The notes beneath the pieces were generated by a model that worked only from the letters and a program-made list of their open reading frames with translations, was not told where the DNA came from and searched no databases. From Candidatus Poribacteria bacterium (GTDB taxonomy: Bacteria > Poribacteria > WGA-4E > JAJDTR01): a stretch of 64,000 bases of DNA. The position numbers and the translations under genes were made by a program. The stretch spans positions 2,816,001 to 2,880,000 of the forward strand of contig CBDCTK010000002.1 of assembly GCA_965222225.1 (NCBI GenBank), given 5' to 3'. This document shows, in pieces, positions 8,403-17,951 of the stretch. The stretch's first letter is position 1. Each line of letters begins with the position of its first letter.

Positions 8403-11400
8403 CTACTTCCGTATCAACATCTTCCGCATAGCAGAGAAATCCCCTGCTGTCAGCGTGTAAAAATAGACCCCACTCGCCACCGGTTCACCGAATTCGTTCT
8501 TTCCGTTCCAATAAGCGGCGCGGCTGCGGCTGTAATAAGTCCCCGCAGTTTTGCCCCCCAGCGCCAAACGCCGCACTAGCTGCCCATCCAAGGCATGGAT
8601 AGTCAACGTGACAGCCGCACCTTTTGCTAACTGATACGGGATCCACGTCTCCGGGTTGAACAGGTTTGGAAAGTTCGCGGCAAGGGCGTTGTCTTTGCTT
8701 GCGGTAACCGGTAGTTGCGCCGTAAGGGCGGGACCGTTGTAGTTTGCGATGGCGTCCGCCCCAACGGTAAAGGTGAGAGTACCGTCCACATCCATGTCGC
8801 CATCAAATTCAAACTCGATCGTGATTTTCGTGTCGCTCGTTCGGTCTGGTTGGTGCCAAGGCATTGTTACACCGTCAATGCCGGCTATCTCCACCGCATC
8901 TCGGATGTCAAAGATAGAGTGCTCGAAGGTGCAGCCGCTGAGTGTGAGTGTCACAACGCTGCCCTCCAGCGTTGCTTCCGTTAATGGAGACGGGGTCGAG
9001 GCTGCTACCGATTCCATGGACGCGGTGACCGGTAGTTGCACAGTAAGGGCTAAACCGCTGTATCCTTCAATGGCATCTGTCCCCACGCTGAAGGTGAGGC
9101 TAGCGTCCGCGTCTATATTGCCGTTGAATTCAAGTTTAACAGTTACTTCCGTGTCGCTGACACGGTTGACGTTGAACGATTCAGCAGTGACACCTCGAAC
9201 CCCAGATACTTTTACTGCATCTCTCATGGCCCTGACAGGTGCGTAAACCCTACCATTGAGCGTGAGAGTGACGACGCTCTCATGCAGTGTTGCCTCTGTT
9301 AATGAGGACGCCAATTACCGATTCTTCTCCTCCGGAGACAGCGACTTGTGCAGAGAGTGCGTGGCCGCCGTATCCTGCGATAGCATCTGCTCCCACGGTG
9401 AAGGTGAGGCTAGCGTCAGCATCTATGTCCCCATTGAATTCAATTGCAACAGTTACCGCCGTGTCACTGACACGCTTGGTATTAGATGCGTCAACAGTTG
9501 CTCCGGCAATCCCGGACACCTTCAGTGCACGTCGGATGTTCCAGATAGACTCCACAAAACCCCTACCATTAAGACTCAGAGTGACTGTGCTACCATTCAG
9601 CGTCGATTCTATTAGTGGGGATTCGATAGAAGCTGTTACCGATTCCGTGAATGCGGTGACGGGTAGTTGAGCGGTAAGGGCGGGACCGCTGTATCCAGTA
9701 ATGGCATCTGCCCCCACTGAAGGTAAGGGTAGCGTCCGTATCAATGTCGCCATTGAATTCAAGTTCAACCGTGATTTCCGTGTTGTTCTTCCGGTCGAGT
9801 CCACGCCAAGGAATCGTTACGCCAGCGATACCAGATACCTTTACCCCATCTCCAATAGACTGCGCGTAGGGCCTGCCAACGAGAGTGAGCGTGACGACGC
9901 TCCCATTCAGGATTGCTTCTGTCAAAGGGACGGGAGTCGATGCCGTTAGCGATTCCGTGGACGCCGTGACCGGTAGTTGCGTCGTAAGGGCGGAACCGCC
10001 GTATCCTGCGATGGCATCTGCTCCAACAGTGAAGGTGAGCGTAGCGTCCTCGTCTATGTCGTCATTGAATTCAAGTTTAACAGTTACTTCCGTGTCGCTC
10101 ACCCGGTCTACGTCGAACCATTCGACAGCAAGACCGCGAACCCCAGATACCTTTACCGCTTTTCCGATGTCAACCCTAGACTGCGCGTAGCTCCTGCCAT
10201 TAAGCGTCAGAGTGAAGACGTTCCCATCCAGCGTTCGTTCTGTCAACGGGGACGTGGTTGCGGCGGATACTGATTCCATGGACGCCGTGACCGGTAGTTG
10301 CGCTGTAATGGCGGGACCGCCGTACCCTGCGATGGCATCTGCTCCAACGGTGAAGGTGAGGATAGCGTCCTCATCTATGTCACCTTTGAATTCTAGTTCA
10401 ACTGCCACTTCCGTGTCGCTGATACGATCTACATCGAACCTTTCGACGGTGACTGCGCGAACTCCAGATACATTTAACGCCTCTCGGATGTCAAAGATAG
10501 ACTCCACGTAAGACCTGCCACTGAGCGTGAGAATGACGACGCTCCCATCCAGCGTTGCTTCTGTTAATGGAGACGCGGTTGAAGCTACTACCGTCTCCGT
10601 GACCGCAGTCACAGGAATCTGTGCCGTGAGCGCAAGGCCAAAGTAGCCCGGTACGGCATTTGCCCCGACGGAGAAGTTAAGGGCAGCGTCCGTGTCTATG
10701 TCGCCATTGAATTCAAGTTCGACCGTCACTTCCGTGTCGCTTACGCGCTCGACGTCGAATTTTTCAACCGTGACGCCGGCAATTCCCGAAACCTTTACCG
10801 CATCCATGATGTCAAAGATAGACTGCGCGTAAGCCAAGCGACTAAGCGTGAGCGAGCCAACGCTTCCATGAATCGTTGAATCGTTGGCTCGGTTAACGGC
10901 GACGCGGTCGAAGCGGCGAGTATTTCCGGGGCGCTATCGATAACATCCCAGACTTCCCACTGGCGTATCCGCCCATCTCTGCTTCCGGTAATGGCGGAGT
11001 GTTTGTCGCGGCCAAAAGCCACGGTCGTCACAGGCGACCCATGCCCGAGCAAGGCTCGAACCGTTCTTGTGTCGGGATCCCACAAACGTACGCTCCCGTT
11101 TATATTTGCGCTGGCGAGCACGTCTCCCTCAGGGCTGAAAGCAATGTCCAGCACCGGCGATTCATGGTCGAGCGTGGCTTCCTGTTCTCCGGTGTTCGGG
11201 TTCCACAGCCGCACTGTACCGTCAATACTTGCGCTGGCGAGGAAGCCGCTCGCACGACTGAAGTCGACGCTCAAGACGCTCCCCGTATGCCCGCTGAGCG
11301 TGGCTTGAAGCTCTCCGGTGCCGGGGTGCCACAGCCGCACCGTGCCGTCGGCGCCGCCGTTGCAAGCAATCCACCGTCGGGGCTAAACGCGATGCTCGTA

Positions 11401-12209
11401 ACGCTGTCCGTGTGGCCGCGGAGCGTGGTTTGAATACCTCCGGTTGTGGCGTTCCACAGCCGCAACGTGCCGCGCGCGCTTCCGCCAGCAAGAATCTCAC
11501 CGTCGGGGCTGAAGGCGGTACTCAATACATGAATTCTGGGCTCCAACTTAAGCTGAGCCCACGTTGTATACCCCGTGAGGGTCAAGTTGAGTTGCTGTCC
11601 GCTAGGCACCCACGAGCTGTCAGCGCTATCCGCGTTTCGTGACCACAACTGCACGTTGCCCCCTTCACTTGTGGTGGCGAGCAGCCCTCCATCGGGGCTG
11701 ACGACAAAATTGAAAATAGGCGCCCCGTGTATAAGCGGGGCGGCGAACTGTTCCGCGTGGGGATCCCAAAAGTGAACGCTGCCTGAAACGACAAGCCCGA
11801 TTGGCCCTCCATCGGGAATGACGAAAATGTTTGAGGCGCTGCGTACCTGCCCGACGACGTTTGCATCAGGCAGCGGAATATAGCGGAGGATTACGCTTAT
11901 GCCACCGGTAGCTATGAGTTCAACAGGGTGAACGCCGAAGGCTTCCCCGACAGCATCAAAGGCTTCCCAAGCAGCGCCCAGTCCTTCACCGGCGGCGCCC
12001 AACCCTTCGCCAACAGCGCCGAATCCTGCACCTATTCCCTCTCCGGCAGCGCCTAGTCCTGCTCCTAAGCCTTCGCCGACAGCACCGAAGATTTCGCCCA
12101 AACCCCAACAGAGTTCTCCGCCGTAGCCAACGCCTTGTACGCCATAGACCAAGAAGACCGTGAGCAGCATGAAGATGATAATCTTTCGACTCGTAGCTCT
12201 GGATTTCAT
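8403..12209 (-). pseudogene. Large secreted protein (Gly-rich N-terminus + WD40 propeller + 7 Ig-like repeats + FlgD/T9SS-type C-terminal domain), broken by 4 frameshifts
   Basis: ORFs 11271-12209, 10795-11340, 9590-10837, 9280-9804 and 8403-9314 join into one gene. Lesions at ~11362 (1-nt loss), 10871-10886 (8-bp tandem duplication AATCGTTG), ~9718 (2-nt loss) and ~9313 (short deletion). The C-terminus is NFPNLFNPETWIPYQL...SGVYFYTLTAGDFSAMRKMLIRK. Confidence 0.85.
8700..10920 (-). repeat. Seven tandem ~310-nt coding repeats (~100-aa beta-rich domain)
   Basis: Unit: AST.SPLTEATL.GSVVTLTL.GR.Y..SI.DI..AVKVSG..GVTV..FDVDRVSDTEVTVELEFNGDID.DATLTFTVGADAIAGY.GPALTAQLPVTA. Confidence 0.9.
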
Positions 12210-12303
12210 TAGATGCCTCCTCGTGTGGGGTGTTATGAATTCAAGGTGAAATCAGGGGAATAAATAGATTCATCTGAGCTGTCCACTGGTGGAGGAGGGA
12301 TTA

Positions 12304-12397
12304 ATCAAGCTCTTGTCGGACAGATTAAGAGTTCCTTCGGTTATCAAGCCCGCCCCGTGTGCGGGGCGTTCCCTTGAGGGCGATTCACCAGCTTGAT
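12304..12397 (-). promoter_or_regulatory. Candidate structured RNA or terminator between modC and the surface-protein gene
   Basis: Hairpins CGCCCCG-CACA-CGGGGCG and CCCT-CA-AGGG. The strand ATCAAGCT has two alternative complementary partners. No recognised family. Confidence 0.3.
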
Positions 12398-12431
12398 CTC
12401 CGCCTACGGGACGTAGTTACGGACTTCCATT

Positions 12432-13511
12432 TCAGGTCTCCCAAAGCGGGTTGACCGCGTTGGCTTTAATCACAAAGTAACACCTCATTCCAACCGCGAG
12501 GCCAAGTTGGACTCGCGCTTCATTCGTAATCTTCACGGATAGCGGGTGCTCCTCAATCTCGGCGGACAACATAATCCGATCGCCGAACGGGACAATACTG
12601 CAGATTGCCCCGCTCAGCACATTCCGCGCGCTAATCGGCAAATCGGGTTCTAGCGAGACGATGATATCTTCCGCCCTGATGCCAACTTGCATCAGCTTGC
12701 CAATTTCAATGTCCGTATAGGGCACTAGCAGCTTTTGGCTTCCAATTTCCAATTCTGTCACACCTCGTTCTCGTTCGCACGCGATGACGGGCAAGGACAG
12801 AATATTCTCTACACCCGTCATCTGAGCGATGGGCAGGGCAGACGGAGAGGTGAGCAGTTGATGCGGTTCACCCCGTGCGGCAACGCGCCCATCGGACAGC
12901 AGAAAGGCTTCGTCCGCCAACGCCATCGCCTCCGAGATTGAGTGTGTCACATAAAGAATCGGGATGTCAAATGTCTCTTTGATGTGGTGGAGATAGGGTA
13001 GGATACGATGCTTTAGCCCCAGATCGAGAGCGGCAAGCGGCTCGTCCATCAATAGCATTCGCGGACTTATGGCTAATGCGCGCGCGAGCGCCACACGTTG
13101 ACGCTGACCGCCGGACAACTGACGCGGATAGCGTTTTAACAGGTCCCCGATTTCGAGGATTTCAATCACACGATTGACGTCAATCTGCTCCCCGTTCCGG
13201 GATGTGCCGTTGTGGCCATAGAAGATGTTCTTTTGGACGGTCAGGTGGGGAAAGAGCAGGCCCTCCTGAAAAACGTACCCGAATCCCCGTTTTTCCGGCG
13301 GCAGCCGTACCCCCTCTTGAGAGGAATAGAGCGTATCACCAAGAAATGAAATGACGCCATCGTCCGGATGCAGGATGCCGCTTATGCAGTTGAGCAGCGT
13401 GCTCTTGCCGCTGCCCGACACACCCAGCACCGCCGTCACCTTTTGCGTGATCGCGGCATCAATCTCAAGATGGAAATTCCCGAGCCGCTTATGGAAGGCA
13501 AGCTTTAACAT
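12432..13511 (-). CDS. modC: Molybdate ABC transporter ATP-binding protein ModC
   Basis: GVSGSGKS, GYVFQEGLLFPHLTV, LSGGQRQRVA, MDEPLAALD, YVTHS and a C-terminal TOBE domain (ISARNVL...IKA). Confidence 0.9.
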   Translation of the reverse strand: MLKLAFHKRLGNFHLEIDAAITQKVTAVLGVSGSGKSTLLNCISGILHPDDGVISFLGDTLYSSQEGVRLPPEKRGFGYVFQEGLLFPHLTVQKNIFYGHNGTSRNGEQIDVNRVIEILEIGDLLKRYPRQLSGGQRQRVALARALAISPRMLLMDEPLAALDLGLKHRILPYLHHIKETFDIPILYVTHSISEAMALADEAFLLSDGRVAARGEPHQLLTSPSALPIAQMTGVENILSLPVIACERERGVTELEIGSQKLLVPYTDIEIGKLMQVGIRAEDIIVSLEPDLPISARNVLSGAICSIVPFGDRIMLSAEIEEHPLSVKITNEARVQLGLAVGMRCYFVIKANAVNPLWET

Positions 13512-13525
13512 GGGCTAGTCAATCC

Positions 13526-13550
13526 GTAGGGTGCGCACTGCGCACCAGCC
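13526..13550 (+). repeat. GTAG-type REP palindrome
   Basis: GTAGGGTGCGCACTGCGCACCAGCC, same family as 4420. Confidence 0.85.
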
Positions 13551-13618
13551 TCTTGGTTGCAAGGTGCAATCAAATCGATCGCCCGTTTAATGAACGCTGG
13601 TTTCACCCCATAAACACC

Positions 13619-16333
13619 CTACATCGAAAGCCCCAACAACCCTCGCGTAAACTGGAAATCGGTATTCCCTTTCCCGTAGAGTTTGGGGGTGTACTGACGG
13701 GAGGCGACTTGGAGTATCACCTCAAGCATCCGGCTCGAAAAAAAGTCGGGCGTCCAATCGTCGCCAGGGGGTGTTACATCAAGGTCTTCCGCGTAGATAG
13801 CCCCCGTCGTTTCATCCGTTGTCGCCTGAACGAGCGGAATCATGCGGTGTGATTGAAGGGGATGCCCCACGATATGCGCCAGTACAAGATCCACGCCCGT
13901 CGCTCCCATTCCTGTAAGCGTTTCGACGGGATGATCCGTAGGTGTTTCCATGACATGCAACCCTGCCCTGCCTATTGCCTGTCCATAGGCGAGCGTATTT
14001 CTTAACTCCTGACCCTCAAGCACCATCTCCAAATAAACGGGCGAAGTCAAGAAGGTAGCGTTGGCAGGTGCCACAACGGTGCCGCCAGCCCCGGCAATCT
14101 CCTGCGTCAACCGTGCAAGACTTCTGGCAGCCCTCTCGAAAACCTTGCCGCTTGAAGTTAACCCCAGACGCAGGTGCTCTAAACCCACGTCGGCGTGGCG
14201 TGGCGCGGGCATCTCTTCCAAAGTGTTTTCAAACCAACGTTCTACCTTCCGCGTCACCGCTTCAATGCCGCCATCCAACTGGATGCTCGCCCAGCCGTAA
14301 CGATTGCTATCAATTCCGTGCGTTTCAAGCGCATGCAGCATATGGTCGTTATGCGTCTTTTCGCACCCGTGCTCCAAGAGCAACCCGAGACCAACGGTCG
14401 GGTGGGTGAGATGCCCCACGAGTGTTCGCGTGTATATCTCCTCCGTTTGCCCGCTCGACACGCCGCATCCCTCCGTATGCGCCAACGCAACATAACGCGA
14501 GATTCCTTTGTCCCTCCCCAACTTGCGGTCGTTCAGACGATTCGCAATCATCTGGGCAATCTGCCCGGAGCAGAGACTTGTTGGAAGAATCAAGCCGATC
14601 TGGTCACTTCGATGGCTACCCTCGACTTGGAGGGCGCGAAATGTGCGGCTCTGGGCTGGTGCGTCGACTTTGACAGGGATGGATGTGCCGTCCCGTACTT
14701 CGGAGACAGCCGCCACAGAATCCAAATCCGTTGGTCCCGTCTGCTTCCAATCTCTCCACAGCGACACTTGGGAGTGGCCCGCCTTCTCCCCGACAGACCG
14801 TTCGCCGGACGCAACATCGATCATGAGTTCGAGCGTATCCTCGCCCAACGCCTCCATGGAAGTTCCGTCGAGATATGCCCCCGCGTTCACATCCATATCT
14901 TTCTCCAGCAGATTGTATCTTTCGGTGGTCGTCACGATTTTAATTGTCGGCACGAAAGGGAAGTTGGTGATGGAACCGTTGCCCGTCACGAAGAAAATCA
15001 TGTTTGCCCCCGACGCCACCTGCCCCGCAATGCTCTCAAGGTCGTTCCCCGGGCTGTCCATAAAATAGTAGCCCGGATCGGACATCAACTGACTGTAATC
15101 GATAACATTATCCAAGCGAACGTCCGGGTGCCGCTTCATTGCCGCGCCAATCGACTTGATGGCGATATTGTACAACCCCCTAAAATTGTTGCCGCCGCTG
15201 GGATTTCCTTCAGCGGAATGACCGTGCCAACTGGCGCGCTCCTTGAATCGCTCAATTGTGTCCAGAAACGTTGACGCTGTCTCCAAATCCTTGACATTCT
15301 GGAGCACATAGTGCTCCGCGCCGATAAGTTCGTCCGTTTCCGCGAGGTTGGCTGCCCCGCCGTAGCGAATGACCTCCTTGGCGACATAAGCCGCGAGCGG
15401 ATTGCCCGATACGCCCGAGAATGCGTCCGAACCTCCGCACTGAAGTGCAATCTTGATGTTCGAGAGGGGCTGTTTCGTGCGCTCCATCGCATTGACCTGA
15501 TCCCGCCAACTGCTGAGAATTGCTTGTCCCTTCTCCAAATTCGCGTCAAAACCGCCTTGTATGCTTAGAAAATGATGCATTACATGGTCAATCGGGTAAC
15601 CTTGGTTGATTAGATAGTTCTTAAGCATCCGATTCGTCACGGCTTCCGAGCCGTAGTCAACGGGGAGAATCGCGCCGACGTTCGGGTGAATCATGAACCC
15701 GGCGAGCGTCCGGAGCAGCATGTCCAGATTGTTGGGCGTTCTACCCTCTCCACCCTCGGTATGCGCCACGGCGATAATCCCGTCAATGTTTTCACAGTCC
15801 GCGGCAACCTCCTTCATTCGGCTCACCAAGGCGTTGACAAAACCGGAAGTTCGCGAAGTTGTGCCCATAACCACAATGTAATTTCGCGTTCCAACGCCGC
15901 GTCCTCCCTCCCGCCGGTAGCCTTCGAAGAACCTGTCGTCATCGTGTCGGGTGACCGGATCGCCCGGCTGAAAATTCTCCTCATCAAGATGATACGTGAT
16001 GATTTCATCCCTGAAGTTGGGGTGTGCTGGTAAATCAAAATCGAGATGCCGCAACGAGAGCGAATCAATCATCTTCTGATTGCACACATAGTCACCCGGT
16101 CGAATCTGCGAGATTGCGAAACCGAACGGCAACCCCCAAGAAAGCAGCGGTTCGCCTACCGGAATGGGCTTGATAGCAAACCGATGCCCCTCCAGAATGG
16201 TATGGGACAGCTCGAATTGTTCTCCATCACAGCGTATTTCCGAATTCGCCTCTAATCGACGCGTCGCGATTGCCACATTATCGCTTGGGGCGGGCAGCCG
16301 CGCAATGTCGTCAAAGTTGTATTGATTGTCCAT
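13619..16333 (-). CDS. UxaA/GarD-family sugar-acid dehydratase with duplicated modules
   Basis: SAF-like N-terminus (DNVAIA, GHRFAIKPI), GRGVGTRNY, LQCGGSDAFSGVSGNP, NPSGGN and FVTGNG, then a second module (PTSLCS, HTEGCG, HGCEK). Confidence 0.88.
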   Translation of the reverse strand: MDNQYNFDDIARLPAPSDNVAIATRRLEANSEIRCDGEQFELSHTILEGHRFAIKPIPVGEPLLSWGLPFGFAISQIRPGDYVCNQKMIDSLSLRHLDFDLPAHPNFRDEIITYHLDEENFQPGDPVTRHDDDRFFEGYRREGGRGVGTRNYIVVMGTTSRTSGFVNALVSRMKEVAADCENIDGIIAVAHTEGGEGRTPNNLDMLLRTLAGFMIHPNVGAILPVDYGSEAVTNRMLKNYLINQGYPIDHVMHHFLSIQGGFDANLEKGQAILSSWRDQVNAMERTKQPLSNIKIALQCGGSDAFSGVSGNPLAAYVAKEVIRYGGAANLAETDELIGAEHYVLQNVKDLETASTFLDTIERFKERASWHGHSAEGNPSGGNNFRGLYNIAIKSIGAAMKRHPDVRLDNVIDYSQLMSDPGYYFMDSPGNDLESIAGQVASGANMIFFVTGNGSITNFPFVPTIKIVTTTERYNLLEKDMDVNAGAYLDGTSMEALGEDTLELMIDVASGERSVGEKAGHSQVSLWRDWKQTGPTDLDSVAAVSEVRDGTSIPVKVDAPAQSRTFRALQVEGSHRSDQIGLILPTSLCSGQIAQMIANRLNDRKLGRDKGISRYVALAHTEGCGVSSGQTEEIYTRTLVGHLTHPTVGLGLLLEHGCEKTHNDHMLHALETHGIDSNRYGWASIQLDGGIEAVTRKVERWFENTLEEMPAPRHADVGLEHLRLGLTSSGKVFERAARSLARLTQEIAGAGGTVVAPANATFLTSPVYLEMVLEGQELRNTLAYGQAIGRAGLHVMETPTDHPVETLTGMGATGVDLVLAHIVGHPLQSHRMIPLVQATTDETTGAIYAEDLDVTPPGDDWTPDFFSSRMLEVILQVASRQYTPKLYGKGNTDFQFTRGLLGLSM

Positions 16334-16382
16334 GTTCCTTTTCTCCCGATTAAATTGTACATTCTTTACATAAAGATAAGAA

Positions 16383-16516
16383 GTAATGGGAGCTCTATGG
16401 GAATTCTATCGTACTCTTTGTTCAGTCCCTTGATCTATCCGTTCCTTTGATCGCTCATTATGGGATTTTCTATCACCCTCCCTACTCGGTCGGTTGATCG
16501 ATAGAGCTCCCATTAC
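16383..16516. repeat. GTAA-type palindrome with perfect 16-bp arms, carrying 35-nt micro-element insertions
   Basis: GTAATGGGAGCTCTAT (16383-16398) and ATAGAGCTCCCATTAC (16501-16516). Minus-strand copies at 16400-16434, 16435-16451 (partial) and 16463-16498. Confidence 0.8.
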
Positions 16517-16519
16517 GCA

Positions 16520-17104
16520 TCACGTAATTACTTCCCGGTAAATGGTGACCTGCATGGCATCGCGCTTCACCCACGGCAATTCCGTGTCAAACCAGCACGT
16601 TTGGCAGTCGTAGCGGGAACGAACATGCTCAAGATAATCCGCCATGCTGTCCGCGCCGATACCCACGTTATCCGCGACGATGGTCGCTCCATCAACAAGA
16701 CGCGGTTCTATCGCCTGAAAGCAGGGAAAGTAGTTGCCGAAATTGTTGTCTAGCAGAAGAAAATCGACGGAATCGTTAATAGTCTTCAGTACGTCTATAG
16801 CGTTGCCAATCCGAGAATCAACCAGATCGCTGAACCCGGCACGATTGAAATGCGCTTGCGCATCACGAGCGCGGTCCGGCTCAATCTCCACGGTTATCAA
16901 CCGGCCCTTGCCCGCAGCCTTGAGTCTCTCAAGCATCCACAATCCCGAATACCCGATTGCCGTTCCGCATTCCACAATGAGGGAGGGGCATGCCTTTTCG
17001 ACAAGCGCCGTAAGAAACTCGGCTTTCTCCGGACCTAACATCGGTATGCCTTCCTCCCGGCACCGTTTGTCCACTTCCTGAAGAACTTTATCGAATGTCG
17101 TCAT
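16520..17104 (-). CDS. Class I SAM-dependent O-methyltransferase
   Basis: IVECGTAIGYSGLW, LITVEI, DFLLLD and IVADNV motifs. Confidence 0.9.
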   Translation of the reverse strand: MTTFDKVLQEVDKRCREEGIPMLGPEKAEFLTALVEKACPSLIVECGTAIGYSGLWMLERLKAAGKGRLITVEIEPDRARDAQAHFNRAGFSDLVDSRIGNAIDVLKTINDSVDFLLLDNNFGNYFPCFQAIEPRLVDGATIVADNVGIGADSMADYLEHVRSRYDCQTCWFDTELPWVKRDAMQVTIYREVIT

Positions 17105-17370
17105 CTCGCGCTCCCCTTGTCATTTGAGCCAGGATTCTGTAGTCCGATTTGTGTTAGCCATCTTCAATCATCAAATCAATAATCGAATTGCGATTATCGC
17201 GCTCGAACCCGAGTTTTTTCTTGAAAACTCGGGTTCTTTCTCGGTACTCTTGTAGGATGGGATTGCGACCATCAAATCGCCGATTTCCCATCTCTTCAAT
17301 TCGCGTCTTTAGTAAGAGCCAACTTTGCTCGCAGCGGGAGGTCGTGATCGGGAGATTGTTCCTACGGTGC

Positions 17371-17440
17371 GTAGGTTGGGTTGAACGATCAAGCGACCGA
17401 ATAGATAGTGAGTGCGATAGGGATCCCAGTGAAACCCAAC
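17371..17440 (+). repeat. REP GTAGGTTGGGTTGAACG^CAGTGAAACCCAAC interrupted by a micro-element (17388-17426)
   Basis: Removing ATCAAGCGACCGAATAGATAGTGAGTGCGATAGGGATCC leaves a compact GTAG-led palindrome GTTGGGTT...AACCCAAC. Confidence 0.8.
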
Positions 17441-17500
17441 ACTTCATCTGTAGGGAACGCAGATCTGCGTTCCCTACTCACCACTCACCATTGCTTTTAG

Positions 17501-17529
17501 TTGACTTCCGCCCAGCCCCCTGCTAAAAT
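17501..17529 (+). promoter_or_regulatory. Sigma70-type promoter for the TPR gene
   Basis: TTGACT-17 nt-TAAAAT, with an extended TGn before the -10. Confidence 0.65.
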
Positions 17530-17588
17530 ACTATCCAAATTAGACACGCCAACTTAAAGCGTTCGGATGTGCGAATAGGAGAGCAAGA

Positions 17589-17915
17589 ATGCCGTCGAAA
17601 GAGGAAATTTACGATCGGGCTTTAACCCACTTTGGAAATGACGAACTTGACGATGCCGTGGCTGCGTTCAACGACTTGGTTGAACAATATCCCGACTATA
17701 TTGATGGACCCATCGGGCTTGGACACGCTTATGAACGTCAAGGGAAATACGACGAGGCGATCCAAGCGATAAAGAAAGCAATCGAGATTGATCCCACGGA
17801 TCCACTGGTCTACACCAGCCTGTCGGTATGCTATCAGCGCAAAGGAATGATTGCGGAAGCCGAAGACGCCATGGCAAAGTCTCAGGAACTGGCGATGGCT
17901 TCAAATATGTCCTAG
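17589..17915 (+). CDS. Tetratricopeptide repeat protein
   Basis: LGHAYERQGKYDEAIQAIKKAIEIDP TPR consensus. AGGAG RBS. Confidence 0.88.
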   Translation: MPSKEEIYDRALTHFGNDELDDAVAAFNDLVEQYPDYIDGPIGLGHAYERQGKYDEAIQAIKKAIEIDPTDPLVYTSLSVCYQRKGMIAEAEDAMAKSQELAMASNMS

Positions 17916-17951
17916 CGAAACAAATTTGGATTGCGCCGTCGCTTCTAACGT

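Noticed and set aside
8700-10920. DGR template/variable repeat pair
   Set aside because: Differences between repeats are not adenine-specific, all copies are coding, and there is no reverse transcriptase in the window.
12290-12420. Moco, SAM or c-di-nucleotide riboswitch
   Set aside because: It lies downstream of modC and lacks the consensus motifs I know. Kept only as an unassigned structure.
14195-15274. Long antisense ORF (also 2041-2814, 36782-37552, 63545-63955 and similar)
   Set aside because: These are shadow or alternate frames overlapping well-supported genes.
17154-17526. ORFs 17154-17447 and 17188-17526
   Set aside because: They are made of REP and micro-element DNA and have no protein features.
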